From positions 56,149 to 120,148 of the forward strand of contig PWHR01000046.1 in NCBI GenBank assembly GCA_003554965.1: a stretch of DNA of 64,000 bases. The letters run 5' to 3'. The notes under the pieces were generated by a model. The model was not told the DNA's origin, ran no database searches, and worked only from the letters and a program-made list of their open reading frames with translations. Source of the stretch: Thermoplasmata archaeon (GTDB taxonomy: Archaea; Thermoplasmatota; Thermoplasmata; Halarchaeoplasmatales; Halarchaeoplasmataceae). Below, piece after piece: positions 29,701 through 37,947 of this stretch (position 1 is the stretch's first letter; the number at the start of each line of letters is the position of its first letter). The position numbers and the translations under genes were made by a program.

Positions 29701-32700
29701 GTGGTCGTCAGTTTCGTAGAGGAATCCTATCTGAACGTTCTCTTCACCGTCTGCATATTCTGATATGTCATAATAGATTTCGCCAAAATCATCATCCGTA
29801 AAGTTGTCGATCTCTTCCCATGTATCTCCACCATCTGTCGTAATCGAGATTTCCCCGTAGGGGTCACCTTCAATTCCATCGTCGAAATCGTGATCGACAA
29901 CGAGTTCAGTTCCTTCTGCCTCGGAAGCATCGATTTCTGGTGAGATCAACCATTCTTCTTGGACTTCTCCGTCATCATCCTCTACCCTTGCCATGCCTTC
30001 GTCGTCAAAGTAATGCTCCCAAGTTTCATCGCTCGTATCATCTATCTCCCATTCATCAGGGATTTCATCATGGAAGTCTTCATCTAGCCAGTAAAGTACT
30101 TGTTCCATCTCTACATCTACAGGAACTTCCTCTTCGTCGAATGTTCCGTAGTTTTCTATTGCGGTTGTAACGTCATGAACCTCATCGATCATCACAGTAT
30201 CGCTCGGGGAAATAATCTCTGAAACTTCTACACCGTGGACATCTTCGACTATTATATCCTGCGTGGTTCCGAAACCTACTATTTCATCATCTAAGTCTTC
30301 CGTCGTGGACTCCATCAAATATTCTCCTTTTTCATCTGGGTTCCAGTCTTCGAAAACCGCAGTAGTTTCTTCACCGGCATCTACGTCTACTTCGATTTCA
30401 TCTTGATATACATCTTGAACATATTCTACAGTGACCTCTTCGATACTCCAATCACAGAATGTTGAATGATCGTCGTCGTCGCTGCTGTGCCATACAAAAG
30501 CAACATGAACTTCTTCTTCACCATCTGCGTAGTCTGATATATCATACTCATACTCACCGTCAGGATCATCGTCTCCATCCCATTCTTCTATAAGATCCCA
30601 TTCATCGCCACCGTCCGAACTGACCTGGACTTCGGCAGTGTATTCTGGATCGCCAAAGCTGGGGCTTAGATCATGATCGAATATCAGCGTAGTATGGGAA
30701 CCATCGCTTACATCGATCTCCGGACTTATCAACCACTCTTCCTGGATTTCGTCACGGGTAACATCGATATCTGCCGAACTCGTTCCATGATGCCAAGTTT
30801 CATCGCTCGTATCATCTATCTCCCAATCGTCAGGTATCTCATCATCGAAATCCTCGTGTAGTGCGGTAACAAATTCATTTATCGTAGTCTCTACGGGTAC
30901 GTCTTCGTGATCAGCATCTCCTAAATTTTCAACTAGTGTTTCAATAGCATGATCTTCTTCAGTATTCACTCTTTCAGGAGGTTCTAGTATTTCGCTCACT
31001 CCGACTACATCGTCAGGCATCTCTGTAAAGTATTCTACTGAATTTGCCAATAGGGTCCAAGCTTCGTCCGTCCAATCTGGATCGTCTGGTGGGGCAAAGT
31101 AATCTATACCCACTGCTGGGAGTAGGATCTCATTTCCATCTTCATCGATCCCTACACCTTGTCCTTCGTAGGTAGTATCGTCATTATGGTATATGACTTC
31201 AGCTAGATCGTCTCCGCTGTAATCTTCGTAATAAGAACCGTAGATGTTACTTCCGACGTACATGTCAACAACATCGTCTTCTTCACCTACTCCATCAAAT
31301 ATTTCATGATCTTCTTGTATATCAATCTGGACAGGCGGCCTTGTATCGAGACCTTCGGCCCAATGTTCTTCAGGGTCATCGCGCACATTATGGAGTCTTG
31401 TTACACCATCTGGATAGCCTTCGTCAGTAGCACCCTCGTCAGAGTCTAGATATATCGCTGCTTGATCATCTTCTAGTTCATCCAAGAAGTCTTCAGCTAG
31501 TGAATCGCTGCCGAACCTCCACGGTACGAACGCATCGTAGTTCTCCATCTCATCTATTAGTTCATCGGCCTCTAACGTATCAACGACATATGGTCCTACC
31601 AAGCGTTGTTCTAATTGGTAAGCGATCTCGCCTTCAAAATAGTCTATTTCATCGATCACAGCTATTTTCGGAATCTCTTCATGCGGCGTCTCTGTAAGCA
31701 AATCCTCGTTTTCACTATCCATGCCTTCTTCAAGATCATCAGGATGTCCTGGATCCGCATCCCAGTACTCTGCTTCTATCTCGCCAGCATGGTCGACTTG
31801 AAGAGTTCCTTCTTCATCTTCTTCACTTAATTGCACTTGACCCTCGAAAAATCCTAAGTTCTCTTCATCTTCTTCCAATTCTAACGTTTTAACCTCGATC
31901 TCTTCTCCATCTTCATCGTAACTTGTCACATTAACCTCGTGAGTTCCCTCTCCTTCAAGTATTATGTCGTTCAAAGTAACATTGACAAGATCTTCACCGG
32001 CATACTCGTCCTTCTCGATCTCAATCTCACCTTCTTTGTCAGGTACTTCTATATCAACAATGTCGTCAGGAACGTTCGAGGCACTCAAAGCATAATCCTG
32101 GTTCGCCTCTCCATCGTTGTTAGCGTCTTCAGGAACATTAGTTCCGTGAACTCTAACGGTATAAGAACCGCTCTCTAGTTCGTCAGGATGAATGAAAACG
32201 TTCTGAACGTTGTTCACATCATCCCAACCGTCTCCATCATAATCGAAATCATCCATGACATCTGTATTCGGATAACTGTAACCGCTATCACTAGTACCGT
32301 CACCAGTTTCATCGAAAGCATTACCTCTGTATATGTCGCCACCAGGAGATTCCACTTCAAGATCCAAATTGTTCTTCAGTGTTGGTGTCCCACCTGCACT
32401 ATCGCCTTCTTGAGCGTTTTTATCTGTATAAGAAAGCGTTACCTTCAATGGTTCATCCTCATCTGCAGGATTAAACTCGTATTCTTCAACTTCTCCTGTT
32501 TCTATCAAAGTCTCCTGATCTTCCAGTTGGAATCCCATCGGTTCTTCTTTTGGATATTCTAATTTTGATAGATTCGGAACGCCCCAACCTTCATCTCTGT
32601 TTGGCACGTGCCCATCTGAAGGTATATTTCCTCCAGTATTACCTACTTCAGGGTCTAGTTCCTCTGCAGTATTAACGAGGATAGATCTGACCATGGCGGG

Positions 32701-34536
32701 ACTCGGTTTTTCATCGTATCTTTCTTCATACCATTCTACGATGATGGTAGCAGCTCCCGCTACCAAAGGATTACCGAAAGAAGTTCCACTAGAGGCTACA
32801 TAACCTCCACCTTCTAATGGTGTGTTTTGGGAGATAACATCTTCAGAAGGAGCTATAACATCAGGCTGTATCCTATTGTCTTCTGTCCATCCACGAGAAC
32901 TCATTCCATACATATTTTCTGGATTTTCACGATTGAGTCCAGGATTGTATGGTTCGTTACCACCTATAGCGATGGTGTTTTTAGCGTTCGCAGGACTACC
33001 TATCTCCTGATCGTAATCTCCTCTACCTCCGTCATTACCTGCAGAGGTAGTTATCACCATCGGAACGTTTTCGTCCGTATCTCTATCAGCGTCTCTTACC
33101 GCTTGATCGAATATCTCATCAGAATCACTGTATTCTCCCATAGTTCCAGCGCCCCACGAATTCGTATGTATGTAAGCGTCAGAACGCTGAGCGGGTTCCT
33201 CTACGATCGGATAATATTCTGCAGGGATAAAGCCGCCCCCGTCGTCGAAGATCTTGGTACCGAAGAGTTCAGATTCATAGCCTAGTCCTTGTCCCATATA
33301 ATACTCCATATCACCATCTTCTGTTTCATCCCAGGTCTCACCTGTTCCTCTGTAAGTATCACCAGACACAAGTCCTGTACATTGTGTTCCATGACCCATT
33401 CCATCGGCCCAATCATCTTCTTGTTCAAATCCGTAACCATCGACAACTCTACCTGTAAAATCTTCAACACCTGCATCACCGACTGATCCATCTCCTATTC
33501 CTGAGTCAGCCACAGCGACAGTTACTCCTTCTCCACTGTAACCTAACTGATTGATGTAAGCTCCGTAATCACCGTGTTTTCTGTACGGCTCTTGCGGATC
33601 TCCTTCTCTCGGTGGAGGTGTCAGATCGTCTCGACGATCATATTCATCGTCCATGAACCATTGTCCACCACCGATCAGCTGGATATCCATCTCCGCATGA
33701 AGTTCTGGCTCCACATAAGGTGCGATGTAATAAACATCGTTCTCCAAGGCTAAATCTTCAACATCGTCCATAGATTCTATGTCGACAGTCACTCTAGAGC
33801 CATCTTCTCTAAGATCTTCTACACCCAAAACATCGGCTTCGGCTTCGATCATATTCAACGTAGAAGCATCAAATCCTGGCCTCAACCTTATGTTCAAAGG
33901 CATCTCCTTGTCAAGAGCCTCGTCTATCTCGCTGTGCATCTTGAATTCTGGTTGGTAGATACCGACCCAATCAACAAAATCAAAGTCCTCGACTTCTTCA
34001 GCCTGTTCGGGCGTCATTATAACTTCGTACGCATAGTTCGGCTGGTAATTGAACACATTTACTCCGATATCTTCTATTTGCTCTCGCCATTCAGGATTTA
34101 TCGGACCCATCATATCTACGATATAAAGTCCCTCAGTTTCTGAATCGTATCCCTCTATTTTCAACTCAGAGTTCAATTCTGGAAAACCTTCATTGGTATC
34201 AAACGTGTGACCTTTCACACTAATCTCATTTCTGTTCTCTAGAATCTGGGCATCTAACTCAGATTCTAGTTCCCGAGCTGTTCTTTCATCCGTCCTCATC
34301 AATACGTTTCGTCCGTAATGATCTAAAATTTCGCCTTCAAGGCTCAAATCTTCAACCATTTCAGGACTATCCGTATCGATTAGGACCACCGTTTCTACAT
34401 CTTCGATAGTTTCAAACAAACCTGTTCCATCTTGCTCAGCATCTCCAAAAACCATCATCCCAGGGACGACGGTTCCTACCACTAGTACAAAGGCTATCAC
34501 TAAAACAGATATTCCTCTTCTTGCTTTTCCTTCCAT
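23779..34536 (-). CDS. Giant secreted/membrane-anchored multidomain protein with subtilisin-like S8 peptidase domain (SPEARE-like surface protein)
   Basis: About 3585 aa. Start taken at MEGKARRG (RBS GAGGT 7 nt upstream; homologous to the start of the 43060..50931 gene); the ORF-track ATG is at 34560. Signal peptide present. S8 triad reads VADSGIGDG / HGTQCTG / GTSFGNPLVAGAA. P-domain-like region is followed by many acidic beta-sandwich (MAM/choice-of-anchor-J-like, CARDB-like), fn3 and PKD repeats. Ends in a heptad coiled coil, TM anchor and acidic tail ending FEE. Confidence 0.85.
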   Translation of the reverse strand: MEGKARRGISVLVIAFVLVVGTVVPGMMVFGDAEQDGTGLFETIEDVETVVLIDTDSPEMVEDLSLEGEILDHYGRNVLMRTDERTARELESELDAQILENRNEISVKGHTFDTNEGFPELNSELKIEGYDSETEGLYIVDMMGPINPEWREQIEDIGVNVFNYQPNYAYEVIMTPEQAEEVEDFDFVDWVGIYQPEFKMHSEIDEALDKEMPLNIRLRPGFDASTLNMIEAEADVLGVEDLREDGSRVTVDIESMDDVEDLALENDVYYIAPYVEPELHAEMDIQLIGGGQWFMDDEYDRRDDLTPPPREGDPQEPYRKHGDYGAYINQLGYSGEGVTVAVADSGIGDGSVGDAGVEDFTGRVVDGYGFEQEDDWADGMGHGTQCTGLVSGDTYRGTGETWDETEDGDMEYYMGQGLGYESELFGTKIFDDGGGFIPAEYYPIVEEPAQRSDAYIHTNSWGAGTMGEYSDSDEIFDQAVRDADRDTDENVPMVITTSAGNDGGRGDYDQEIGSPANAKNTIAIGGNEPYNPGLNRENPENMYGMSSRGWTEDNRIQPDVIAPSEDVISQNTPLEGGGYVASSGTSFGNPLVAGAATIIVEWYEERYDEKPSPAMVRSILVNTAEELDPEVGNTGGNIPSDGHVPNRDEGWGVPNLSKLEYPKEEPMGFQLEDQETLIETGEVEEYEFNPADEDEPLKVTLSYTDKNAQEGDSAGGTPTLKNNLDLEVESPGGDIYRGNAFDETGDGTSDSGYSYPNTDVMDDFDYDGDGWDDVNNVQNVFIHPDELESGSYTVRVHGTNVPEDANNDGEANQDYALSASNVPDDIVDIEVPDKEGEIEIEKDEYAGEDLVNVTLNDIILEGEGTHEVNVTSYDEDGEEIEVKTLELEEDEENLGFFEGQVQLSEEDEEGTLQVDHAGEIEAEYWDADPGHPDDLEEGMDSENEDLLTETPHEEIPKIAVIDEIDYFEGEIAYQLEQRLVGPYVVDTLEADELIDEMENYDAFVPWRFGSDSLAEDFLDELEDDQAAIYLDSDEGATDEGYPDGVTRLHNVRDDPEEHWAEGLDTRPPVQIDIQEDHEIFDGVGEEDDVVDMYVGSNIYGSYYEDYSGDDLAEVIYHNDDTTYEGQGVGIDEDGNEILLPAVGIDYFAPPDDPDWTDEAWTLLANSVEYFTEMPDDVVGVSEILEPPERVNTEEDHAIETLVENLGDADHEDVPVETTINEFVTALHEDFDDEIPDDWEIDDTSDETWHHGTSSADIDVTRDEIQEEWLISPEIDVSDGSHTTLIFDHDLSPSFGDPEYTAEVQVSSDGGDEWDLIEEWDGDDDPDGEYEYDISDYADGEEEVHVAFVWHSSDDDDHSTFCDWSIEEVTVEYVQDVYQDEIEVDVDAGEETTAVFEDWNPDEKGEYLMESTTEDLDDEIVGFGTTQDIIVEDVHGVEVSEIISPSDTVMIDEVHDVTTAIENYGTFDEEEVPVDVEMEQVLYWLDEDFHDEIPDEWEIDDTSDETWEHYFDDEGMARVEDDDGEVQEEWLISPEIDASEAEGTELVVDHDFDDGIEGDPYGEISITTDGGDTWEEIDNFTDDDFGEIYYDISEYADGEENVQIGFLYETDDHGGDPFTPDSWEIYEVMVTSLDDEYDDATTIDIDAQETKEVEFEEWDPEEVGEYEINVSTELDDELDYVRETILVRAPEANLGVDEIISPETEVWEETQDVEAEITNYGDFMVEDVPVEAKAEHVEGFVEDFSGSFPPEGWETDDWTQSDSNEAGGNPPEANLYWFDVGDDDYSYLQSPAVDTTEADELTLEFFSYIDHSTDQFDAIVQARSDPDESWQDVTPWENPVDGSIAPDHYEVNLTDHIGPETQVIFEYHGSTIELDDWFVNDVILGEREEDYSDEIEVTIDEDETINAEFEDWTPSDAGEYVFNITAKHEDETDPDSATLEQFTEVIPIVYDLEATSIDEPEEPIFDFQERNVTGTVTNVGNQDIDEGPVEMSIEQIIDDIPLDEDFSDDPFDNGWEAEDRDGNDNTWEYNEEEEKVEITPIDDHEHDILWSEMADCSDGEHRVILEFFSEFEGNYDENERSLLISTDEGDSYKRIGRNITHGEQEYDITQWASEEDEVWIGWEIYSEEVEEDEYWGIDDVTITTEYTEEEYYDEQEVENLSVGQDEQVQFDDWTPETEEPSDYILTMVTDHPEDDNLENVEVSERVFVDEHEDPEVSDPSPYDGEEDVTHSPLMNVTVNDPNDYHMDVTFYLYDEDGYEIGNETVEEVMSGEEAATQFVLLETNSTFEWHVEVYDGVTTIESDTWEFHTYEPEGRYVHDTADINADPPEQVENLELDWDADPWAVTGNELTWDASPDDGAGYDDTEYYEVYRAEDQDGPWDEPIAEVEADGSEEYSYVDEGMADDGEQWHYVVRAVDRVGNREMNEDSVYELPLPEATEPEPEHDEWVTGLEQDLSVDVTNPTDQYIEVEFYDGNWDQLIDSFEIIEDQRLETTWELEEERMANDNHWYVMVTYEDYNMGSINPGMYTLDVDVAGQGTVEIDPEEDNYIEGTDVDLEAIPEDAEWQFTEWTGDYEGTEEEITVTMDSDKEITANFEHVGELEGEWRWLYEADHRFEADNAGGVGPDPIDWYGAMRLDLSDDIGGYISEVAYYDYDDDTGEFGDWAYGYIAEDDGGAPGEWLTETEEYNPEGAGWVELELDEDVMIEEDEYWIVMHIDDPGDGHFPFGIDDTSYPDEGQWITWEDPHDPANWEESGLGAWGLEAYVEVPVTGDEIDEEPTDEELMGDEVDVAVVDADNWQEYEIEYKLEDYLPDDEYNVETLWNEDNEHWDDWLIDEIDNYDTFVIQRYEYTEADSEAAAEDFLDNLQDGQGVVYLDTHVGASQEGYSDGVTQLHNVRDDPGYHDSEGTGTNPPQYLEILEDHPIFEDIGEEGDEVLMFDGTTNWGSWFDEYSGEILAEKDYGGGYGGPAVGVCEDRNEVLLPAKGIGFFGEADDPGWSEEANQMFANAVEYTSDPAAVPEGYGWSFHLEDDVEPHAEFHIEEEPDYYQGDTITLNATESYNPPSDNAGIENYTWEIVDPYDETYYFYEPVIEKPLEYALYYDITLTVTDAYGNSAEAWDEIYAIDTEDPVADAGTSDQTRVGVEYELDGSGSTDNVGVEDWSWSIEGISGEAEGYYDTTEGEIVDYVFPYQGTYDVYLEVSDEEGNTDTDKISVIVNPPVEAFDITSPEEDYVIIEQDTVTVEWEGHEYLGDIDYEIRINYGDWDDIGTDTDYTFIGLEDGTHVVQVRATDGAGNRYTETRVFEVSTIEEKLEIFSPEDGVESLTYDEEFTIHGETDPNLDVYVNDASVSVDDNGEFVYETDLIEGQNVFTVQAMDDEEIVAEATVYALYLPELEELNDELDDLRDDLNDVETGLQTQIDDLFDELDDIETELQNQIDDLDDELDDVESDLQAQIDDIEGDINHIEGNIDDIEGNIDDIEGNIDDIEGDIDGIEGNIEDIEAEIEDIEGDIEDIEAEIEDIEGNIADIEDDISDLEDDVDMARNLGIVGMVLAILAVIIAVFAVMMKKGGNEPVKEETRETESFEE
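23950..24330 (-). repeat. Coding tandem repeats (21-nt heptad units DIEGNID..., then about 54-nt units) forming the coiled-coil stalk of giant protein 1
   Basis: Repeated gtttccttcaatgtcatctat-type 21-mers and longer LQxQIDDLxDELDD units are visible in the DNA. Confidence 0.8.
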
Positions 34537-34742
34537 ACTTAATACCTCTACCACTAGCACTGTCTACATTCATCTTTAGAGGATTAATAAATCTCACTAC
34601 GACATGTCGACGATTCGAGGGGAAAAAGGATATAAGAGCTTTTGCTATAGAGATATATCACATGTATTTACACCGAATTATAGTAATTTATTTTCATAAC
34701 GGGAGTAACTTCTTTATAACCCTTAAACCTACTTGTATCTAA

Positions 34743-37700
34743 ATGAAGTTAAATACAGGTAGGTCTAGAATTTTGGTCCATCTTTGGGCACAAAAGAAAT
34801 CTATTGGGTATGATGAACATAAGGAGGTTCCTTTTAGTTTATGCCAGAAAGGTATTTCTGAGTCTGTAGATCTCTCAAGAAATCGAACTAGTGAGATCAT
34901 AAGGGATCTGGTCGAAAAGGGTTTAGTTGAAGAGTCAGTACGACGGGTTGTAGGATTGAAAAGGCGTAGAAAGGTCTATTCTTTAACGGAAAAGGGGATG
35001 AAAAGAGCTAAAGAGATACGAGATGAATTAAAAGATAGAGAAGTGAAAGTCAAGACGGATTCCTCGACATATGAGGTTAAATTAGAAGAGATCGATTCTT
35101 ATCTAGATTCTAGAGAACCTTTTTTGGTAGCGTTAAATAATCTAGACGAGAAAGACACGCTCGACCTTACTGAGCCTGAAAAAAAGAAGGAAGATGTTTT
35201 TGTGGGAAGAGAAGAAGAGATAGCAAGCCTTTCAAGTGGATTAGAAAAAGCAAAAAACGGCGAGGCTTCAGTTTATATGATAAGGGGGAAAGCCGGTATA
35301 GGTAAGACTAGACTAGTAAATGAATTCAAAAACCATGCCCTTTCTAACGGATTTGATTTCATAGCTGGAAAAGGCTATTACTACAGTTCAGAACCTTACC
35401 TTCCTTTCAAAGAAGCATTTAAGAAATTTCAGGACGAGGAAAACGTCGACTACCCTCTTGAATTTCCAGAAGGTTCGAGTAAAACAAATAAGATTCCATC
35501 TGAAAAAGAATTACAAGATAAAAACTACAGCGATGTTATATTCTCCGAGACAATAAAAAATATAAAAAAAATAGTAAAGAAAAGACCATTATTGATATTC
35601 ATTGATGATCTTCAATGGGTCGATAAAGCATCTCTTATTCTATTCCATTATATAGCTGATAAATTGAACGATCAAAAGATGATGTTGATCGGGTCGTATC
35701 GTCCTGAGGATGTTGTAGAAAATGATTTTCTCAGAGAGATACTACAGAGAATGAACAGGGAAGACCTTTACGATGAGATTTCCCTTGAACCGCTCACATG
35801 GGAAGATACTCGAGAAATAATAAAAAGTTTGATCGGGAAGTACGTGATACCAGAAGATTTTGCGAAAATAATACACGAAACTTCGGAAGGCAATCCTCTA
35901 TTTTCCAAAGAACTCGTAAAACAGATGCTCGATGACGGTACTTTAGATCCAAAAAACAAAGTCTTCCCCTCGAAAAAGAATGGTTTTGAATTACCGAAAG
36001 TCATTGACGAGATAATAGAAAGAAGGATAAAGAGATTGAATAAGGAGAACCTAAAAGTACTGCAGATCGGGAGTATTATAGGTGAGGATATTCCCTTTGC
36101 TTTACTCCACAAAGTCAGTGATCTTGAGTCCTTTGAACTATTAGAATACACTGATATACTGACGGGGTCTGGAATTTGGGATTATGATGCCGAGGATGAT
36201 CTATTTCATTTCGCTCACGGTCTTATTTACCTTTCCATATATCAATCCATTCCCAAGCATATCAAAAAAATTCTTCACGGAGAAGTGGCTGAAGCCATGG
36301 AAAAGATCTTCGAGGATGATCTAAAAAGTCACTATCATGAGATCGGTAAGCATTACAAGGTCTCAAGTAATTATTCTAAGGCTATGCAATATTTTGAAAA
36401 GGCAGGTGAGAATGCTAGAAATTTGTACGCCTATCAGGACGCCATAGAGATTTTCGAAAAGGCCTTTGATTTAGCTGAAAAAACGAATTCGCATGAAAAA
36501 ATTGGGAAGATATCATTAAAGCTAGGGGATCTTTATAGCATTATTGGAAAGTATGAAAAGAGTTTAGATTATTATGAAATGGTTCCCTTGGATGAGTTAG
36601 AAACCGATCAGGAGGCTCGTAAATTTTACAGGAAGAAAGCTAAATTATTCGATAGGATGGGTCGGTTGAAGGAAGCGATAAAATTAACAGATAAAGGCCT
36701 TGAAATAGGTAACGAAGAAAATATGGAGACCGCTAAACTTTTAAATCGAAAAGGTTGGGCTCAAATGAGAATCGGTTACCATTCTTCAGCAAAAGAAAAC
36801 TTTTTGAAGGCTTTGAAAATCAGCAAAAACCAAGGAGAGGAAAATGAATTTGGAGACATGTATCATGCCCTCGGTTCGATCTATATCCATGATGCAGAAT
36901 ATGATGAAGCTTTGAAATATTTGAAAAAGGGTTTAGAGGTAAGAGATAAGAATGATGATAAAGAGGGTAAAGCCTCCTCACTCGCTAACATAGGGAACGT
37001 ATACTTAAAAAAGGGTGAGATCTATAAAGCCTTGGATAAATTCAATCAGAGCCTAGAAATTTTAAGAGAAATTGGGAAAAAAGACCAACTATTCAAAATC
37101 CTTACTAATATTGGAAACGCCAGGCTTAAAAAAGGAGAACTGGAAAAAGCATATGAATGCTATAAAGAATCTCAGGAGATAATTGAAGAGCTTGATGATG
37201 TCAGAGGCTTAAACATTTCACTAACCAATTTAGGAAATTATCATATATTAAAAGGAGATTTTGATAAAGCTCTTGAATATCATAAAAAGAGTCTTGAGAT
37301 GAGTCAAGAGAAAGACCTTAAAAATGGGATCGCATTAGGGCATAATAATCTGGGTATAATTTATACTCATAAAGAAGATTATGATAATGCAAAAAGTAAT
37401 TTCTTCAAAAGTATAGAAATTTGCGAGGAAACAGAAAACTATCATCTCCTTGTCCATCCACTAGTTGGATTAGCTCATATATTCAATCATGAGAAAAAAT
37501 TCGAAAAAGCGTTGGAGAAAGCAGAAAGAGCTCTTGAAATTTCAAAAAACATCGGAGCCAAGATAGAAGAAGGTATAAGTAATAAAGCTCTGGGGATCGT
37601 TCACCGGGATATTGGAAACTTTGATGAGGCAAAAATTAGGTTTGAGAAAGGAAAGGAGATGCTTTCCGAATCGGGAGAAAGTAAAGAAATGGGTAAGCTA

Positions 37701-37841
37701 CTTTTCGAAGAAGCACTATTAGCAAAGAAAATAGACGATGGAAAAAAACACGATGAACTTTTGAAGAAAGCTAAATCCTTGTTTGAAGAGCGGGATATGA
37801 AATATTGGATAGAGAAATGTGAAAAAGAAATTGAAAGTTAA
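34743..37841 (+). CDS. STAND-type regulator: N-terminal winged HTH + AAA(AAA_16-like) ATPase + C-terminal TPR array
   Basis: 1032 aa. wHTH in the first ~100 aa. FVGREEEIASL...MIRGKAGIGKTRL (Walker A) and LLIFIDDLQWVD (Walker B). At least 10 TPR-like repeats in the C-terminal 450 aa. Confidence 0.75.
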   Translation: MKLNTGRSRILVHLWAQKKSIGYDEHKEVPFSLCQKGISESVDLSRNRTSEIIRDLVEKGLVEESVRRVVGLKRRRKVYSLTEKGMKRAKEIRDELKDREVKVKTDSSTYEVKLEEIDSYLDSREPFLVALNNLDEKDTLDLTEPEKKKEDVFVGREEEIASLSSGLEKAKNGEASVYMIRGKAGIGKTRLVNEFKNHALSNGFDFIAGKGYYYSSEPYLPFKEAFKKFQDEENVDYPLEFPEGSSKTNKIPSEKELQDKNYSDVIFSETIKNIKKIVKKRPLLIFIDDLQWVDKASLILFHYIADKLNDQKMMLIGSYRPEDVVENDFLREILQRMNREDLYDEISLEPLTWEDTREIIKSLIGKYVIPEDFAKIIHETSEGNPLFSKELVKQMLDDGTLDPKNKVFPSKKNGFELPKVIDEIIERRIKRLNKENLKVLQIGSIIGEDIPFALLHKVSDLESFELLEYTDILTGSGIWDYDAEDDLFHFAHGLIYLSIYQSIPKHIKKILHGEVAEAMEKIFEDDLKSHYHEIGKHYKVSSNYSKAMQYFEKAGENARNLYAYQDAIEIFEKAFDLAEKTNSHEKIGKISLKLGDLYSIIGKYEKSLDYYEMVPLDELETDQEARKFYRKKAKLFDRMGRLKEAIKLTDKGLEIGNEENMETAKLLNRKGWAQMRIGYHSSAKENFLKALKISKNQGEENEFGDMYHALGSIYIHDAEYDEALKYLKKGLEVRDKNDDKEGKASSLANIGNVYLKKGEIYKALDKFNQSLEILREIGKKDQLFKILTNIGNARLKKGELEKAYECYKESQEIIEELDDVRGLNISLTNLGNYHILKGDFDKALEYHKKSLEMSQEKDLKNGIALGHNNLGIIYTHKEDYDNAKSNFFKSIEICEETENYHLLVHPLVGLAHIFNHEKKFEKALEKAERALEISKNIGAKIEEGISNKALGIVHRDIGNFDEAKIRFEKGKEMLSESGESKEMGKLLFEEALLAKKIDDGKKHDELLKKAKSLFEERDMKYWIEKCEKEIES

Positions 37842-37900
37842 ATTTTTATTTTATAGAAAATTTCTCAAATCTAAAATTTTCTTTCAAATTACTTGGATAA

Positions 37901-37947
37901 AACAAGAAAAAGAAAGGGGTTTTTGATTGTGTGTTTGGTTAGCTATT
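37901..37947 (-). terminator. Conserved 3' element / oligo-U terminator downstream of giant gene 2
   Basis: aacaagaaaaagaaaggggtttttgattgtgtgtttggttagctatttt is almost identical to 23732..23778. It is convergent with the STAND gene end. Confidence 0.45.

Noticed and set aside
34521-34742. 73-aa plus-strand ORF spanning the giant gene 1 start and its upstream region
   Set aside because: It overlaps the better-supported start (34536) and promoter region of giant gene 1, has no RBS and is hydrophobic low-complexity. It is likely spurious.
34743-37841. STAND protein as an Avs-type antiviral sensor
   Set aside because: The N-terminal domain is a winged HTH rather than a nuclease, protease or TIR effector. 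The context is surface-protein genes, not a defence island. It is kept only as a minor alternative.
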